Source: an uncultured Gammaproteobacteria bacterium
GTDB taxonomy: Bacteria > Patescibacteriota > Patescibacteriia > Patescibacteriales > UBA12465
Direction: 5' to 3'
Assembly (NCBI GenBank): GCA_964540285.1
Contig: CAZILW010000004.1
Location: 1-47,566, forward strand
DNA: 47,566 nucleotides
Position numbers and translations under genes: made by a program. The notes beneath the pieces are model-generated. The model saw only the letters and a list, made by a program, of their open reading frames with translations, was not told where the DNA came from and searched no databases. Every line of letters begins with the position of its first letter. Positions within the stretch are counted from its first letter, which is position 1. Shown here piece after piece: positions 25,021 to 34,839 of the stretch.

Positions 25021-26820
25021 ATGACTGATAAAATAAGAAATTTTTGTATTATTGCTCACATTGACCATGGAAAATCAACCTTGGCTGATAGAATGTTGGA
25101 ATTAACTAATACGGTCGATAAAAGAAAGATGAAGGATCAAATTCTTGATGGCATGGATATTGAGCGCGAAAGGGGCATAACTATTAAGCTTCAGCCGGTT
25201 ACTATGGATTATAATGGTTATCAACTGAATTTAATAGATACTCCTGGTCATGTGGACTTTTCTTATGAAGTTTCCAGGTCTTTGGCTGCGGTTGAAACCG
25301 CAATTTTATTGGTTGATTGCACTCAGGGCATTCAAGCTCAAACATTGGCTAATCTTTATTTGGCTTTAGAGCAAAATTTAACTATTATTCCTGTAATTAA
25401 TAAAATAGATTTACCAGCCGCCAATCCTGAAAAGACAAAAAGAGAAATTGTTAAGCTTTTGGGATGTTCAGAGGAAGAAATTTTAGCAGCTTCTGGTAAA
25501 ACTGGAGTTGGTGTTTTGGATATTTTAAATAAAGTGGTTGAAGTTGGTGGCTTTCCAAAAGATTCTGATCAAAAATCTCCAAAGGCTTTAATTTTTGATT
25601 CTAAATATGATGAGTATAAGGGCGTGGTAGCTTATGTTCGGGTCTTTGAAGGACAAATTAAAAAGGGTGATAAAATAAAGTTAGTAGCCACTAAGGCTGA
25701 GAGCGAAGTTTTAGATATTGGTATTTTTAAGCCTAATTATTTTTCTACAGGAACCTTAAATACAGGGTCTATTGGTTATATTATAACTGGCTTTAAGGAG
25801 GTTGGTGAGTGTCGAGTTGGAGATACTTTAACCTCTCCCTCGGCTTTTAATAGCGGAATAGAAGCTCTTCCTGGTTATAAAGAGGTTAAGCCAATGGTTT
25901 TTGCTGGAATATTTCCTAGAGAGGGAAGTGATCTTGAAGATTTGCGTGAAGCAATGGATAAATTGAAATTAAATGATAGTGCCTTAGTTTATGAGCCAGA
26001 AAGATCAGATGCCTTGGGTTTTGGTTTTCGTTGTGGTTTTTTGGGCTTGCTTCATCTAGAAATTTTTCAAGAAAGATTAAGACGAGAATATAATTTAGAT
26101 TTAATAGTAACAATTCCTAGTGTTGCTTATAAGGTTTATAAAAAAAATGGAGAAGAGGTAATTGTAAGAACTCCTCAAAGATTGCCAGATCCAACAGAAA
26201 CTTCAAAGATAGAAGAGCCTTGGGTTTCCTTGGATATTATTACTCCTAAAGAATATATGGGGGGTATTATGCAGCTGTCTCAAGAAAAAAGAGGTATATA
26301 TAAAAATACAGAATATATTTCTTCTGGCACCGACGAACAAAGAGTTATTTTGCATTATGATATGCCCATGTCAGCTATTTTGACCGATTTTTATGATAAA
26401 ATAAAAAGCTTAAGTGCTGGCTATGCTTCTATTAATTACGAATACTTGAATTATCAGGAAGCTGACGTGGTTAAAATGGATATTTTGGTGGCTGAAGAGC
26501 CAGTCGAGGCTTTATCAACTATTGTTTATCGCGATGATGCTTTCAGGAGGGGGAAAGAGGTGGTTAATGTTTTGAAAGAATCATTATCTAAACAAATGTT
26601 TGTTTTAAAAATTCAAGCAGCTATTGGAGGTAAAGTTATAGCAGCTGAAAGAATATCGGCCATGAGAAAAGATGTAACAGCTAAACTTTATGGTGGTGAT
26701 GTTTCTCGAAAAAGAAAATTATTAGAGAAACAAAAAAAAGGTAAAAAGAAAATGATGGCTGCTGGAAAAGGAAGTGTTGAAATTCCACCAGATACTTTTG
26801 TTAAAATTTTAAAAAAATAA
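25021..26820 (+). CDS. lepA: Translation elongation factor 4
   Basis: IRNFCIIAHIDHGKSTLADR, CGFLGLLH and KLYGGDVSRKRKLLEKQKKGKK. Confidence 0.98.
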   Translation: MTDKIRNFCIIAHIDHGKSTLADRMLELTNTVDKRKMKDQILDGMDIERERGITIKLQPVTMDYNGYQLNLIDTPGHVDFSYEVSRSLAAVETAILLVDCTQGIQAQTLANLYLALEQNLTIIPVINKIDLPAANPEKTKREIVKLLGCSEEEILAASGKTGVGVLDILNKVVEVGGFPKDSDQKSPKALIFDSKYDEYKGVVAYVRVFEGQIKKGDKIKLVATKAESEVLDIGIFKPNYFSTGTLNTGSIGYIITGFKEVGECRVGDTLTSPSAFNSGIEALPGYKEVKPMVFAGIFPREGSDLEDLREAMDKLKLNDSALVYEPERSDALGFGFRCGFLGLLHLEIFQERLRREYNLDLIVTIPSVAYKVYKKNGEEVIVRTPQRLPDPTETSKIEEPWVSLDIITPKEYMGGIMQLSQEKRGIYKNTEYISSGTDEQRVILHYDMPMSAILTDFYDKIKSLSAGYASINYEYLNYQEADVVKMDILVAEEPVEALSTIVYRDDAFRRGKEVVNVLKESLSKQMFVLKIQAAIGGKVIAAERISAMRKDVTAKLYGGDVSRKRKLLEKQKKGKKKMMAAGKGSVEIPPDTFVKILKK

Positions 26821-26827
26821 TTAAAAT

Positions 26828-26935
26828 ATGCGTAAAAAAAAGAAAGAAAAAATAATTAAAATTGTTTGGACTATTTTGTCGGCTATTATAATTTTTTCAA
26901 TGATTGCCTGGACAATGTCTTTTACTTTTTTCTAA
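26828..26935 (+). CDS. Small single-TM protein (35 aa), not in the ORF track
   Basis: MRKKKKEKIIKIVWTILSAIIIFSMIAWTMSFTFF; starts 7 nt after the lepA stop; basic N-terminus plus a hydrophobic helix. Confidence 0.6.
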   Translation: MRKKKKEKIIKIVWTILSAIIIFSMIAWTMSFTFF

Positions 26936-27011
26936 GTGTTTTATTTTGTTGTTAGATTCTATTATTAAGTTTTAAATTTAATAATAGGCTTTTAATAATA
27001 AATAATTTTTT

Positions 27012-28766
27012 ATGGAAAAAATATGGCAGTTTTATCCAAAACTTACAGATAAAATTTTAGAAGAGAATTTCGATAAAAATCACTTTATACTACAACTTCT
27101 TTATAATCGAGGGCTTAAAACAAAAGAAGATTTTTCTTGGTTTTTTGATTTGGATAGTTTGGATTTTTTTAATCCTTTTTTGTTCGCTGACATGGAGAAG
27201 GCTATTGATTTGATTATTTATCATGTTAAGCAGGGTAACAAAATAATGATTTACGGTGACTATGATGCTGACGGTGTGACTTCTTCAGCCCTGCTTTATG
27301 ACATTTTTTCTGTTTTTAAAGCTAAGGTAGATTTTTATTTACCAGATAGAGTTAGCGAGGGTTATGGTTTAAACAAAAAGGCTATTGAAGAAATAAAAAA
27401 AGATAATTTTAAACTGATAATTACGGTTGATAATGGAATTAGAAATAAGGAAGAAGTTGATTATGCTAAGAGTCTTGGTTTGGATATAATCATTACAGAT
27501 CATCATACTTTGCCAGAAAAAAGAGAGGATTTGCCCAATTGTTTAATCATAAATCCAGCTGATGAAGAGTCTAGCTATCCTTTTAAATTTTTGGCTGGTG
27601 TCGGCGTTGCCTTTAAATTAGCATCAGCTTTAATTATTAAATCTAAATTAAAGGAGGATGATAAACAAAAGCTAATTTATCGTAGTCTAGATTTAGTAGC
27701 TCTTGGAACTGTGGCTGATATGGTTTCTTTGTTGGGGGAAAATAGACTTTTGGTCAAAAGGGGTTTAGATATTTTAAATCAAACTAGAAGGCTTGGCTTG
27801 CAAGAGCTTATAGGTATTTCTGGTTTAAGCGGGGAGCTAAGTTCTTATAATATTGGTTTTCAGTTGGGCCCTCGACTTAACGCAGCTAGTCGAATTAAGC
27901 ACGCTAATTCAGCTTTAAACCTTTTAATAACTAAAGACGAACAAGAGGCCAAAAGATTAGCCGAAGATTTAAATAATAAAAATTTTGAAAGACAAAAAAT
28001 AACCGAAGAATTAATGTCTTCGGCTGAAAGCCAAATAAATCCAGAAAATTTACCTAAAATTATTATAGTCAAAAACTCTAAAGAAGATGCTTGGAATGAG
28101 GGGGTCATTGGTTTGGTGGCTGGCAAGTTGTCAGAAAAATACTATAGACCAACACTAGTTATTGCTAAAACTAGCGAGATTTTTGAAGACGAAAATGGAC
28201 AGAAAAAAGAAATGTATAAGGGGAGCGGCCGCAGTATAGAGGGTTTTAATTTAGTGGAGGCTTTAGAGGATAATAAAGAAATTTTACACAAATATGGTGG
28301 ACACCCGATGGCCGGTGGTTTTTCAATTATAGGTGACCATAATACGTTTTTATTTATTGATAAAATGAAAGAGCGAGCCGAACAATTTTTAGATATTAAT
28401 GTTTTAACTCCTAAAATTAAAATAGATTTAGAATTGGAGTTTGATGATGTTAATGATTTATTAGTTGAAGGTTTGGAGGAAATGGCTCCCTTCGGACAAT
28501 CTAATCCTGCCCCTAAAATGGCTTCTTTTGATTTAAAAATTGTTGATGTTGTTAAAATGGGTAACGAAGGACAACATATTAAATTTAGATTTTTAGATGA
28601 CAAAAAAACAAGTTTGAAAAATTTTTGGGGAATTTCTTTTGGGGGTACAAAAAAATATTCAGAATTAAGTGTTGGAGATAGGGTTAGTGTTGTTTATAAT
28701 TTGGAGTTTAATAATTTTAATGGTAATCGTGATATTCAGCTAAAAATTATTGATATTAAAAAATAA
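27012..28766 (+). CDS. recJ: ssDNA-specific exonuclease RecJ
   Basis: GDYDADG, TVDNG, TDHH, GTVADMV, GPRLNAASR, GSGRS and GGHPMAGG. Confidence 0.96.
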   Translation: MEKIWQFYPKLTDKILEENFDKNHFILQLLYNRGLKTKEDFSWFFDLDSLDFFNPFLFADMEKAIDLIIYHVKQGNKIMIYGDYDADGVTSSALLYDIFSVFKAKVDFYLPDRVSEGYGLNKKAIEEIKKDNFKLIITVDNGIRNKEEVDYAKSLGLDIIITDHHTLPEKREDLPNCLIINPADEESSYPFKFLAGVGVAFKLASALIIKSKLKEDDKQKLIYRSLDLVALGTVADMVSLLGENRLLVKRGLDILNQTRRLGLQELIGISGLSGELSSYNIGFQLGPRLNAASRIKHANSALNLLITKDEQEAKRLAEDLNNKNFERQKITEELMSSAESQINPENLPKIIIVKNSKEDAWNEGVIGLVAGKLSEKYYRPTLVIAKTSEIFEDENGQKKEMYKGSGRSIEGFNLVEALEDNKEILHKYGGHPMAGGFSIIGDHNTFLFIDKMKERAEQFLDINVLTPKIKIDLELEFDDVNDLLVEGLEEMAPFGQSNPAPKMASFDLKIVDVVKMGNEGQHIKFRFLDDKKTSLKNFWGISFGGTKKYSELSVGDRVSVVYNLEFNNFNGNRDIQLKIIDIKK

Positions 28767-28784
28767 ATTTTTTAAAATTAATTT

Positions 28785-29192
28785 ATGAATAAAAAAGTAA
28801 TAATTTTTTCTGATGGTGGAGCTCGAGGCAATCCTGGGCCAGCTGGGATTGGTGCTGTTTTGTATGACCAAGAAAAAAATAGGTTAGCTGAAATTTCTAA
28901 ATATTTAGGAAAAACAACCAACAATCAAGCCGAATATAAAGCTTTAATAGAAGGCCTTAAACGGGCTCAAGAGTTGAAGGCAAAAGATGTTGAGTGTTTT
29001 TTAGATAGTGAGTTGGTGGTTAAGCAATTAAAAAAAGAATATAAGGTAAAAAATAAAGAATTAGCCCCTTTATTTTTAGAAGTATATAACTTATCTCAGA
29101 GCTTTGATAATATTAAATTTATTCACATACCTAGAGAAAAAAATAAAGAAGCTGATCATTTAGCTAATTTGGCCATGGATAAAGCTTGTTAG
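28785..29192 (+). CDS. rnhA: Ribonuclease HI family protein
   Basis: DGGARGNPGPAG, TNNQAEY, DSELVVKQ and REKNKEADHLAN. Confidence 0.92.
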   Translation: MNKKVIIFSDGGARGNPGPAGIGAVLYDQEKNRLAEISKYLGKTTNNQAEYKALIEGLKRAQELKAKDVECFLDSELVVKQLKKEYKVKNKELAPLFLEVYNLSQSFDNIKFIHIPREKNKEADHLANLAMDKAC

Positions 29193-29202
29193 TTCTGAAA
29201 AT

Positions 29203-29241
29203 AAAATTAAAAAACACCACTTAGTGGTGTTTTTTAATTTT
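29203..29241. terminator. Perfect 19-bp inverted repeat between convergent genes
   Basis: AAAATTAAAAAACACCACT-T-AGTGGTGTTTTTTAATTTT. Confidence 0.85.
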
Positions 29242-29258
29242 TTGAGTGTAAAAATGAC

Positions 29259-30101
29259 CTATTTAAAACGACCTTGTTTTTTAGTATATTCTTCTTTATA
29301 TTTTTCGGCTGAATCTTCTGAATTTAATCCTCCAGAAACTAATTCTCCGTTTAAATATTCCAGCAGTGGATAGAGGTTGCTTTGATTGGCTAATCTGCCG
29401 ATTTCTAAAGCTTCGTCAGTTTTAATTCCCCAGCCAGGAATGCAAGGTGATAATATTTGAATATAAGCTGGACCTTTTATTTCTAGGGCTTTTTTTACTT
29501 TATTGTAAATGTCATTTGGGTAGCCAGCTGTTGTTTGAGCTACATAAGGCACTTCATGGGCCAGGGCAATTTTAATCATGTCTTTTTTTTGAAGATGATT
29601 TCCAATTTTATTTATTGAATCACAGGTTTTTTTGATTTGACATTTTTCTTGATTACCCTTAGGTGATGTGCTGGTTGAAGCCCCATAAGGCGTTGCCCCT
29701 GAAGCTTGAAATCCAGTATTTGAATATGATTCAGTGTCATAACAAATATATAAAATATTTTCTTTTCTTTCCCACATACCACTAATAACTCCCATGCCGA
29801 TATCAAAAGTTCCCCCGTCTCCAGCCATTACCACCACCTTGGTTTTAGTTTTCTTCTGTTTTTTTAAGGAGGCTAGTATTCCAGTGGCTACTGCTGCTGG
29901 GTTTTCAAAAAGGGAATGTATCCATGGCAAGCCCCAAGCGCTTTGTGGGTATGGCGTGGTTGTCACCTCTAGGCAGCCAGTAGCATTAGCAATTATGGTG
30001 TTTTTATCTAAAGCTCGCATAACTGATTGAACGGCTGAAAGTTGCCCACAACCAGCGCAAGCGTTATGTCCAGATGATATATTTTTTATTTTTTCTTTCA
30101 T
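29259..30101 (-). CDS. porB: Pyruvate/2-oxoacid:ferredoxin oxidoreductase beta subunit (TPP-binding)
   Basis: GHNACAGCG, ATGCLEV, GDGGTFDIG, YSNTGFQ and SPCIPGW. Confidence 0.92.
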   Translation of the reverse strand: MKEKIKNISSGHNACAGCGQLSAVQSVMRALDKNTIIANATGCLEVTTTPYPQSAWGLPWIHSLFENPAAVATGILASLKKQKKTKTKVVVMAGDGGTFDIGMGVISGMWERKENILYICYDTESYSNTGFQASGATPYGASTSTSPKGNQEKCQIKKTCDSINKIGNHLQKKDMIKIALAHEVPYVAQTTAGYPNDIYNKVKKALEIKGPAYIQILSPCIPGWGIKTDEALEIGRLANQSNLYPLLEYLNGELVSGGLNSEDSAEKYKEEYTKKQGRFK

Positions 30102-30105
30102 ATTT

Positions 30106-31302
30106 TTATAGACCCATTAATTGTTTGTACATTAAGTGAATGTAATTTGGACGACAACAATTTAGATTGCTTCCACAACTTCTACCTCCTCTATCCCTTT
30201 TTACTCCTCCATACCAGGTTTGTTCGCAATAATAATCATTGCCATTTTCATCTTTCAGTCCTCCCGGATATTGACCAGTTGGTACACAAATTCCACCATC
30301 ATTTCCACAAGGTTCAGTAGCTATTCCTCTGCCTAAAAATGCTGTGCCATTTATACAATAACAGTAAGTTGATGAAGAATCATTACAGCTAGAACCCTCT
30401 CTTCCAGCACATGTTTGTGATAATAGTGATTTTAAGGCTGGATCTTCGTCAACCTGCTCTCTTGATAATATTCTAGCTTCATTACCATTGCCATGCTCCT
30501 GGCATATTTCAGGTGTTGTTTCTAGCAATATATTAGTCGTAACCACTGTGGTACATCCATACTCATTACAATCCTGCCTTGTTTTAAATATGCGACAATA
30601 ATACATTTCTTCACATTGTCTAGTTTTATAATTTGGTTTTTTTTCTTTATTAAAGCGCTCAGTATTAGCATTGCTGTTTAAATAGGATATTAAACTACCG
30701 TCATGAGCTCTTTTTATATATTGACTTAATGTCTCTCGCCCTTCATTAACCGAACTTGGTATCGGCATCTTTTCTTTAACGGTGTCACTGGTGTGTATTT
30801 TATAGCATTCTATGTCAGAAGTTAATCTAGCATTCGGAATACTTAGTGAATTTTCAAACGAGCAACAACCATAAATAGCTGGTTTTATTTCAGGAACTTC
30901 AGTGGGGGCAAAACTAACCAATTGAGGGTTTATAGTTTGCATTATTAAGTAAGATGTTAAAGCTAAAACCAGACCAGTTATGCTTCCGCTAATCCAGCTT
31001 TTAGCCTGCCCAACTCTTTCACTACTACCACCAGCAGTTAACCACATTATACCGCCAACCATTAAAACAACAGCGGCAGTTATTCCAACTATAGATAATA
31101 AATAATCATATATAGCTTTAATATATTTGGCTATGCTCGTTGTAGAATCTTCTATTTTATGTTCCACTCCTTTAGTAAATTCAGACCCAGGGATAGTAAC
31201 CTGAGGATAAAAAATAATTGGGTCACTGGCGTTTGCTAAAGATAGCGAAGAATTAAAAAGAAATAAAGACAGGATAAATATTTTTAAATATTTTTTAATC
31301 AT
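30106..31302 (-). CDS. CPR-type TrbC/VirB2-like pilin with a large Cys-rich C-terminal extension
   Basis: Signal peptide, then YIKAIYDYLLSIVGITAAVVLMVGGIMWLTAGGSSERVGQAKSWISGSITGLVLALTSYLIMQTINPQL, then many Cys. Confidence 0.85.
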   Translation of the reverse strand: MIKKYLKIFILSLFLFNSSLSLANASDPIIFYPQVTIPGSEFTKGVEHKIEDSTTSIAKYIKAIYDYLLSIVGITAAVVLMVGGIMWLTAGGSSERVGQAKSWISGSITGLVLALTSYLIMQTINPQLVSFAPTEVPEIKPAIYGCCSFENSLSIPNARLTSDIECYKIHTSDTVKEKMPIPSSVNEGRETLSQYIKRAHDGSLISYLNSNANTERFNKEKKPNYKTRQCEEMYYCRIFKTRQDCNEYGCTTVVTTNILLETTPEICQEHGNGNEARILSREQVDEDPALKSLLSQTCAGREGSSCNDSSSTYCYCINGTAFLGRGIATEPCGNDGGICVPTGQYPGGLKDENGNDYYCEQTWYGGVKRDRGGRSCGSNLNCCRPNYIHLMYKQLMGL

Positions 31303-31306
31303 ATTT

Positions 31307-31444
31307 TTATTGTTTAAGTAAAATAATTAACATTATAAGCTGCATCATAAAAATTAACAGAAACATCATTACAAAAAAATATGGCCAGCCAGTGATTTTA
31401 TGTTCGTGCCCTTTTTTAATAACTTTTTTAAATAAATTAATCAT
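31307..31444 (-). CDS. Small single-TM protein (45 aa), not in the ORF track
   Basis: MINLFKKVIKKGHEHKITGWPYFFVMMFLLIFMMQLIMLIILLKQ; fills the porA-pilin gap with a 4-nt spacer on each side. Confidence 0.65.
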   Translation of the reverse strand: MINLFKKVIKKGHEHKITGWPYFFVMMFLLIFMMQLIMLIILLKQ

Positions 31445-31448
31445 ATTT

Positions 31449-32606
31449 TTAGATAAAGCTTAATTCTTTATATTTTTTAAAATTTTTTATTATTTTCTTT
31501 ATATCATCCTCCTTGATATCTTTTCCTCCTAGTCCGCCGATAAAATTTTTAATCATTTGTTTTTCTTTGCAAATATTAATATCTAAATAGAGTGAGCCAA
31601 AAGTTCCAAAACTAAGTGCTTTTTCAATTACAGCGATGTTTTGAGAGTTTTTTATTATTTTTTTAATTTCTTGATGGGGAAAGGGGCGATAGGTTTTTAT
31701 TTTTAAAACAGCCACATCATTTTCTTTTTTAATCGCAGATTTAACTGTACCAACTATTGAACCCATGGCTATTATTATTGTTTTGGCATTTTTGGGACCA
31801 TAATATTCAAACCAAGAATTGTTGTTTTTTTCAATTTTGTTTCCTAGAATTTTATGCATTAAAAAATATTCTTTGTCTATTTCTTTGATCGATTTTTGAA
31901 AGTCGTTGTATAAATCTTCTCTTGATTTTTGATAATATTGAGGGTTCATAAAAGCTCCCATGGTAATTGGGTTTTTAGGATCTAAAAACTCCCCAGCTTT
32001 AGCTTTATATTTTGGTAAAAATTTGTTGATGATTTTTTTGTCATAAATTTTTACTTCTTCATAACAGTGGGTTAATATAAATCCATCAATATTGACCATA
32101 ACCGGAATTTTCATTTTTTCGGCTATTTTGTAGGCTAAAATATGTTGTTCAACTGATTCTTGGTTGTTTTCCGCAAAAAACATTATCCAGCCAGCGTCCT
32201 TAATGGCCATAGCATCCTGCTGGTCGTTCCAAATATTAATTGGGGCTGAAATAGCTCTGTTGGCCAAGGTCATTACTATGGGTAGTCTCATTCCAGAAAT
32301 ATTGTATATAACCTCAGTCATTAAAAGCAGTCCTTGAGAGCTAGTGGCACTGTAGGTTCTTGATCCGCTAGCTGAAGCGCCTAGTATTATTGAGGCGGCT
32401 GCAAATTCGCTCTCGGCCCTAACATATTCATATTGGCCCTCGCCGTTAGCTTTGATTTTGGCTAAATCTTCAACTATATGAGTTTGGGGGGTGATTGGGT
32501 AAGCAGAAATTACATCGGGATTAATATTGTTAATTGTTAGAGCAATCGCTCTTGAACCTTCTAATATTTGAGTTTTTTCTTTTTTAATATTTTTTATTTT
32601 TTTCAT
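31449..32606 (-). CDS. porA: Pyruvate/2-oxoacid:ferredoxin oxidoreductase alpha subunit
   Basis: AYPITPQT, ESEFAA, ATSSQGL, NRAISAPINIW, DGFILTH and GLGGKD. Confidence 0.93.
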   Translation of the reverse strand: MKKIKNIKKEKTQILEGSRAIALTINNINPDVISAYPITPQTHIVEDLAKIKANGEGQYEYVRAESEFAAASIILGASASGSRTYSATSSQGLLLMTEVIYNISGMRLPIVMTLANRAISAPINIWNDQQDAMAIKDAGWIMFFAENNQESVEQHILAYKIAEKMKIPVMVNIDGFILTHCYEEVKIYDKKIINKFLPKYKAKAGEFLDPKNPITMGAFMNPQYYQKSREDLYNDFQKSIKEIDKEYFLMHKILGNKIEKNNNSWFEYYGPKNAKTIIIAMGSIVGTVKSAIKKENDVAVLKIKTYRPFPHQEIKKIIKNSQNIAVIEKALSFGTFGSLYLDINICKEKQMIKNFIGGLGGKDIKEDDIKKIIKNFKKYKELSFI

Positions 32607-32610
32607 ATTT

Positions 32611-33375
32611 TTATTTTAAATCTAGTCCAATTGGTGCATGATCAGATCCTAGAACCTGGTCAAGAATATAAGCTCTTTTTATTTTTTTAATTATTTTTTT
32701 GGAGTTGATAAAATAATCTATTCTCCAGCCAATATTTTTTTTTCGAGCTCCGGCTCGATAACTCCACCATGAATATTGTATTTTTTGAGGATTTAGTTCT
32801 CTGAATGAATCAATAAAATCGTTTTGTAATAATTTTGACATCCAATCCCTTTCTTCTTTAGTAAACCCAGCCTTGCCTTCATTTGGTTTGGCCCTGGCTA
32901 TATCAATTTCTTGATGAGCTACATTAAAATCCCCAGTAATTATAAGGGGCTTTTTTTTATTTAATTTTTTTAAATATTTTAAAACTTCCTCGTTAAATTT
33001 AAGCTTATAGGGGAGTCGACTTAGTAAATCGTTAGAATTTGGAAAATAAGCATTTAATAAATAAAAATCTTTAGTTTCAATGGTTTGAATTCTACCTTCT
33101 TGATCAAATTCTTCCAGGCCTAGACCGTTTTTTTTATTCAATATTTTTAAATTTTTTTTATATAAAATTAATGTTCCACTGTAGCCTGGTCTTTTGGCCG
33201 GGTTCCAAAATTCTTGATATCCTGGAAAATTAAAATTTTCTAATTTTTTTTTGTCTTCTGATATTTTTATTTCCTGAAGAGCTAGTATGTCTGGTTTTTC
33301 TTGATTTAAAAATTCAATAAAGTTTTTTTTGAGTATAGCTCTTAATCCATTAACGTTCCAGGAAATTAATTTCAT
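32611..33375 (-). CDS. xth: Exodeoxyribonuclease III (AP endonuclease)
   Basis: SWNVNGLRA, LQEIK, GDFNVAH, GWRIDY and GSDHAP. Confidence 0.96.
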   Translation of the reverse strand: MKLISWNVNGLRAILKKNFIEFLNQEKPDILALQEIKISEDKKKLENFNFPGYQEFWNPAKRPGYSGTLILYKKNLKILNKKNGLGLEEFDQEGRIQTIETKDFYLLNAYFPNSNDLLSRLPYKLKFNEEVLKYLKKLNKKKPLIITGDFNVAHQEIDIARAKPNEGKAGFTKEERDWMSKLLQNDFIDSFRELNPQKIQYSWWSYRAGARKKNIGWRIDYFINSKKIIKKIKRAYILDQVLGSDHAPIGLDLK

Positions 33376-33457
33376 ATTTTTTTCTAAATTTAAATTTACA
33401 GTACTTATTTTTTGTGATATTATACTATTATCTTACACTATATTTAATAAATAATCA

Positions 33458-34246
33458 ATGAATTTAGAAGAGAAGATTGAATATTTAAGAGCGCGCGGAG
33501 AGTTTAGAAGGTCTAATCGCCGTTGGTATAAGAAATGGTGGGGTATTTTGATTTTAATTTTTGTTTATATTATTATTATTTTTTCTGTAGCTTCCTTGTT
33601 TTTGATTTTCAGAGTGTTGACTAATCAGGAGTTTAGAGATTCTTATCTTTTTTCTCAGAAATCTTTAGAGCTCGGTCAAGAAAAACAACTACAAGATGAA
33701 AAAACTAGAGAGATGATGTTATCAATAGTTGAGGGTAATGACACTCCCTATATCGGCAACAAGGACGCAGAAATCAGTATAGTTGTTTTTTCTGATTTTA
33801 ATTGTCCATACTGTAAAAAAGCTTCGGAGGTAATTGCCTCCCTGTCTGTCAAATATGGCCAAAAGATTAAAATAATTTCTCGAGACTTTGCTGTTTTAAA
33901 TGATAATTCTCTCGTTTTAGCTACAGCAGCTTTGTGTGCTGGCGAGCAGGGAAAGTATTGGCCGATGTATTATAAATTATTTGAATTACAGGGACAGTTT
34001 GATTTAGACAATCTGGCTTCTTTAGCTCGAATGGCAGGAATAAATGATTTAAAATCATTTTCTGATTGTTTAAATGGTGATAAATATTATAATTTTATTG
34101 TTCAGGCAGTGGTTGATGGTCAATTTTTGGAGATAAAGGGAACCCCGGCCTGGTTTATTAATGGTGAAAAAATTCACGAGGGTTTAATTCCTTTTGAAAT
34201 GTTTTCTGGCTTTTTAGATGAAGTTATTTTAAATAAAAATTTATAA
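33458..34246 (+). CDS. Membrane-anchored DsbA-family oxidoreductase
   Basis: N-terminal TM, FSDFNCPYC, CAGEQGKYW and GTPAWFING. Confidence 0.9.
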   Translation: MNLEEKIEYLRARGEFRRSNRRWYKKWWGILILIFVYIIIIFSVASLFLIFRVLTNQEFRDSYLFSQKSLELGQEKQLQDEKTREMMLSIVEGNDTPYIGNKDAEISIVVFSDFNCPYCKKASEVIASLSVKYGQKIKIISRDFAVLNDNSLVLATAALCAGEQGKYWPMYYKLFELQGQFDLDNLASLARMAGINDLKSFSDCLNGDKYYNFIVQAVVDGQFLEIKGTPAWFINGEKIHEGLIPFEMFSGFLDEVILNKNL

Positions 34247-34258
34247 TTATAAAAAAAT

Positions 34259-34834
34259 ATGTTGGAAATAAGAATTCATGGTCGAGGGGGTCAGGGCGTG
34301 GTAGCTGCCTCCGAGATATTGGCAATCGCCTTTTTTAAAGATGGTAAGAAATCACAGGCTTTTCCTAATTTTGGTGTAGAAAGAAGTGGTGCACCGATTC
34401 AATCTTTTGTTAGAGTTTCTCAACAAGAAATTTTAAGTAGAGAACATATTTATAATCCAGATATTTTAATAATTCAAGACGACAGTTTGATTGGAAAAAC
34501 TAATGTTTTTTTAGGAATAAAAAAAGAAAGCAAAATTGTTATTAATTCTAAAGAAAAAATAGACAGTTTGTTTTTAAAAATAGAAAAAGAAAAGGTTTTA
34601 CCAATTGGATTTAAAAAAGACAATATATTAATTGTTGACGCCAGCCAAGTTGCTTTAGAAATTTTTAATAAAAATATTGTTAATACATCTATTTTGGGGG
34701 CGCTAGCTAAAATTCCAAATTTAATAAGTTTAGACTCTCTTGTTTTAGCTATTAAAGAAAAATTTTCTGAAAAAAGCAGTGATTTGATTGAGAAAAATAT
34801 TTTGGCAATTAAAAAAGTTTATAATTTAAAATAA
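34259..34834 (+). CDS. porC: Pyruvate/2-oxoacid:ferredoxin oxidoreductase gamma subunit
   Basis: EIRIHGRGGQG, FPNFGVERSGAP and NTSILGA. Confidence 0.93.
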   Translation: MLEIRIHGRGGQGVVAASEILAIAFFKDGKKSQAFPNFGVERSGAPIQSFVRVSQQEILSREHIYNPDILIIQDDSLIGKTNVFLGIKKESKIVINSKEKIDSLFLKIEKEKVLPIGFKKDNILIVDASQVALEIFNKNIVNTSILGALAKIPNLISLDSLVLAIKEKFSEKSSDLIEKNILAIKKVYNLK

Positions 34835-34839
34835 AATTT

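Noticed and set aside
26958-27000. AT-only inverted repeat upstream of recJ
   Set aside because: Low complexity and expected by chance at this AT content.
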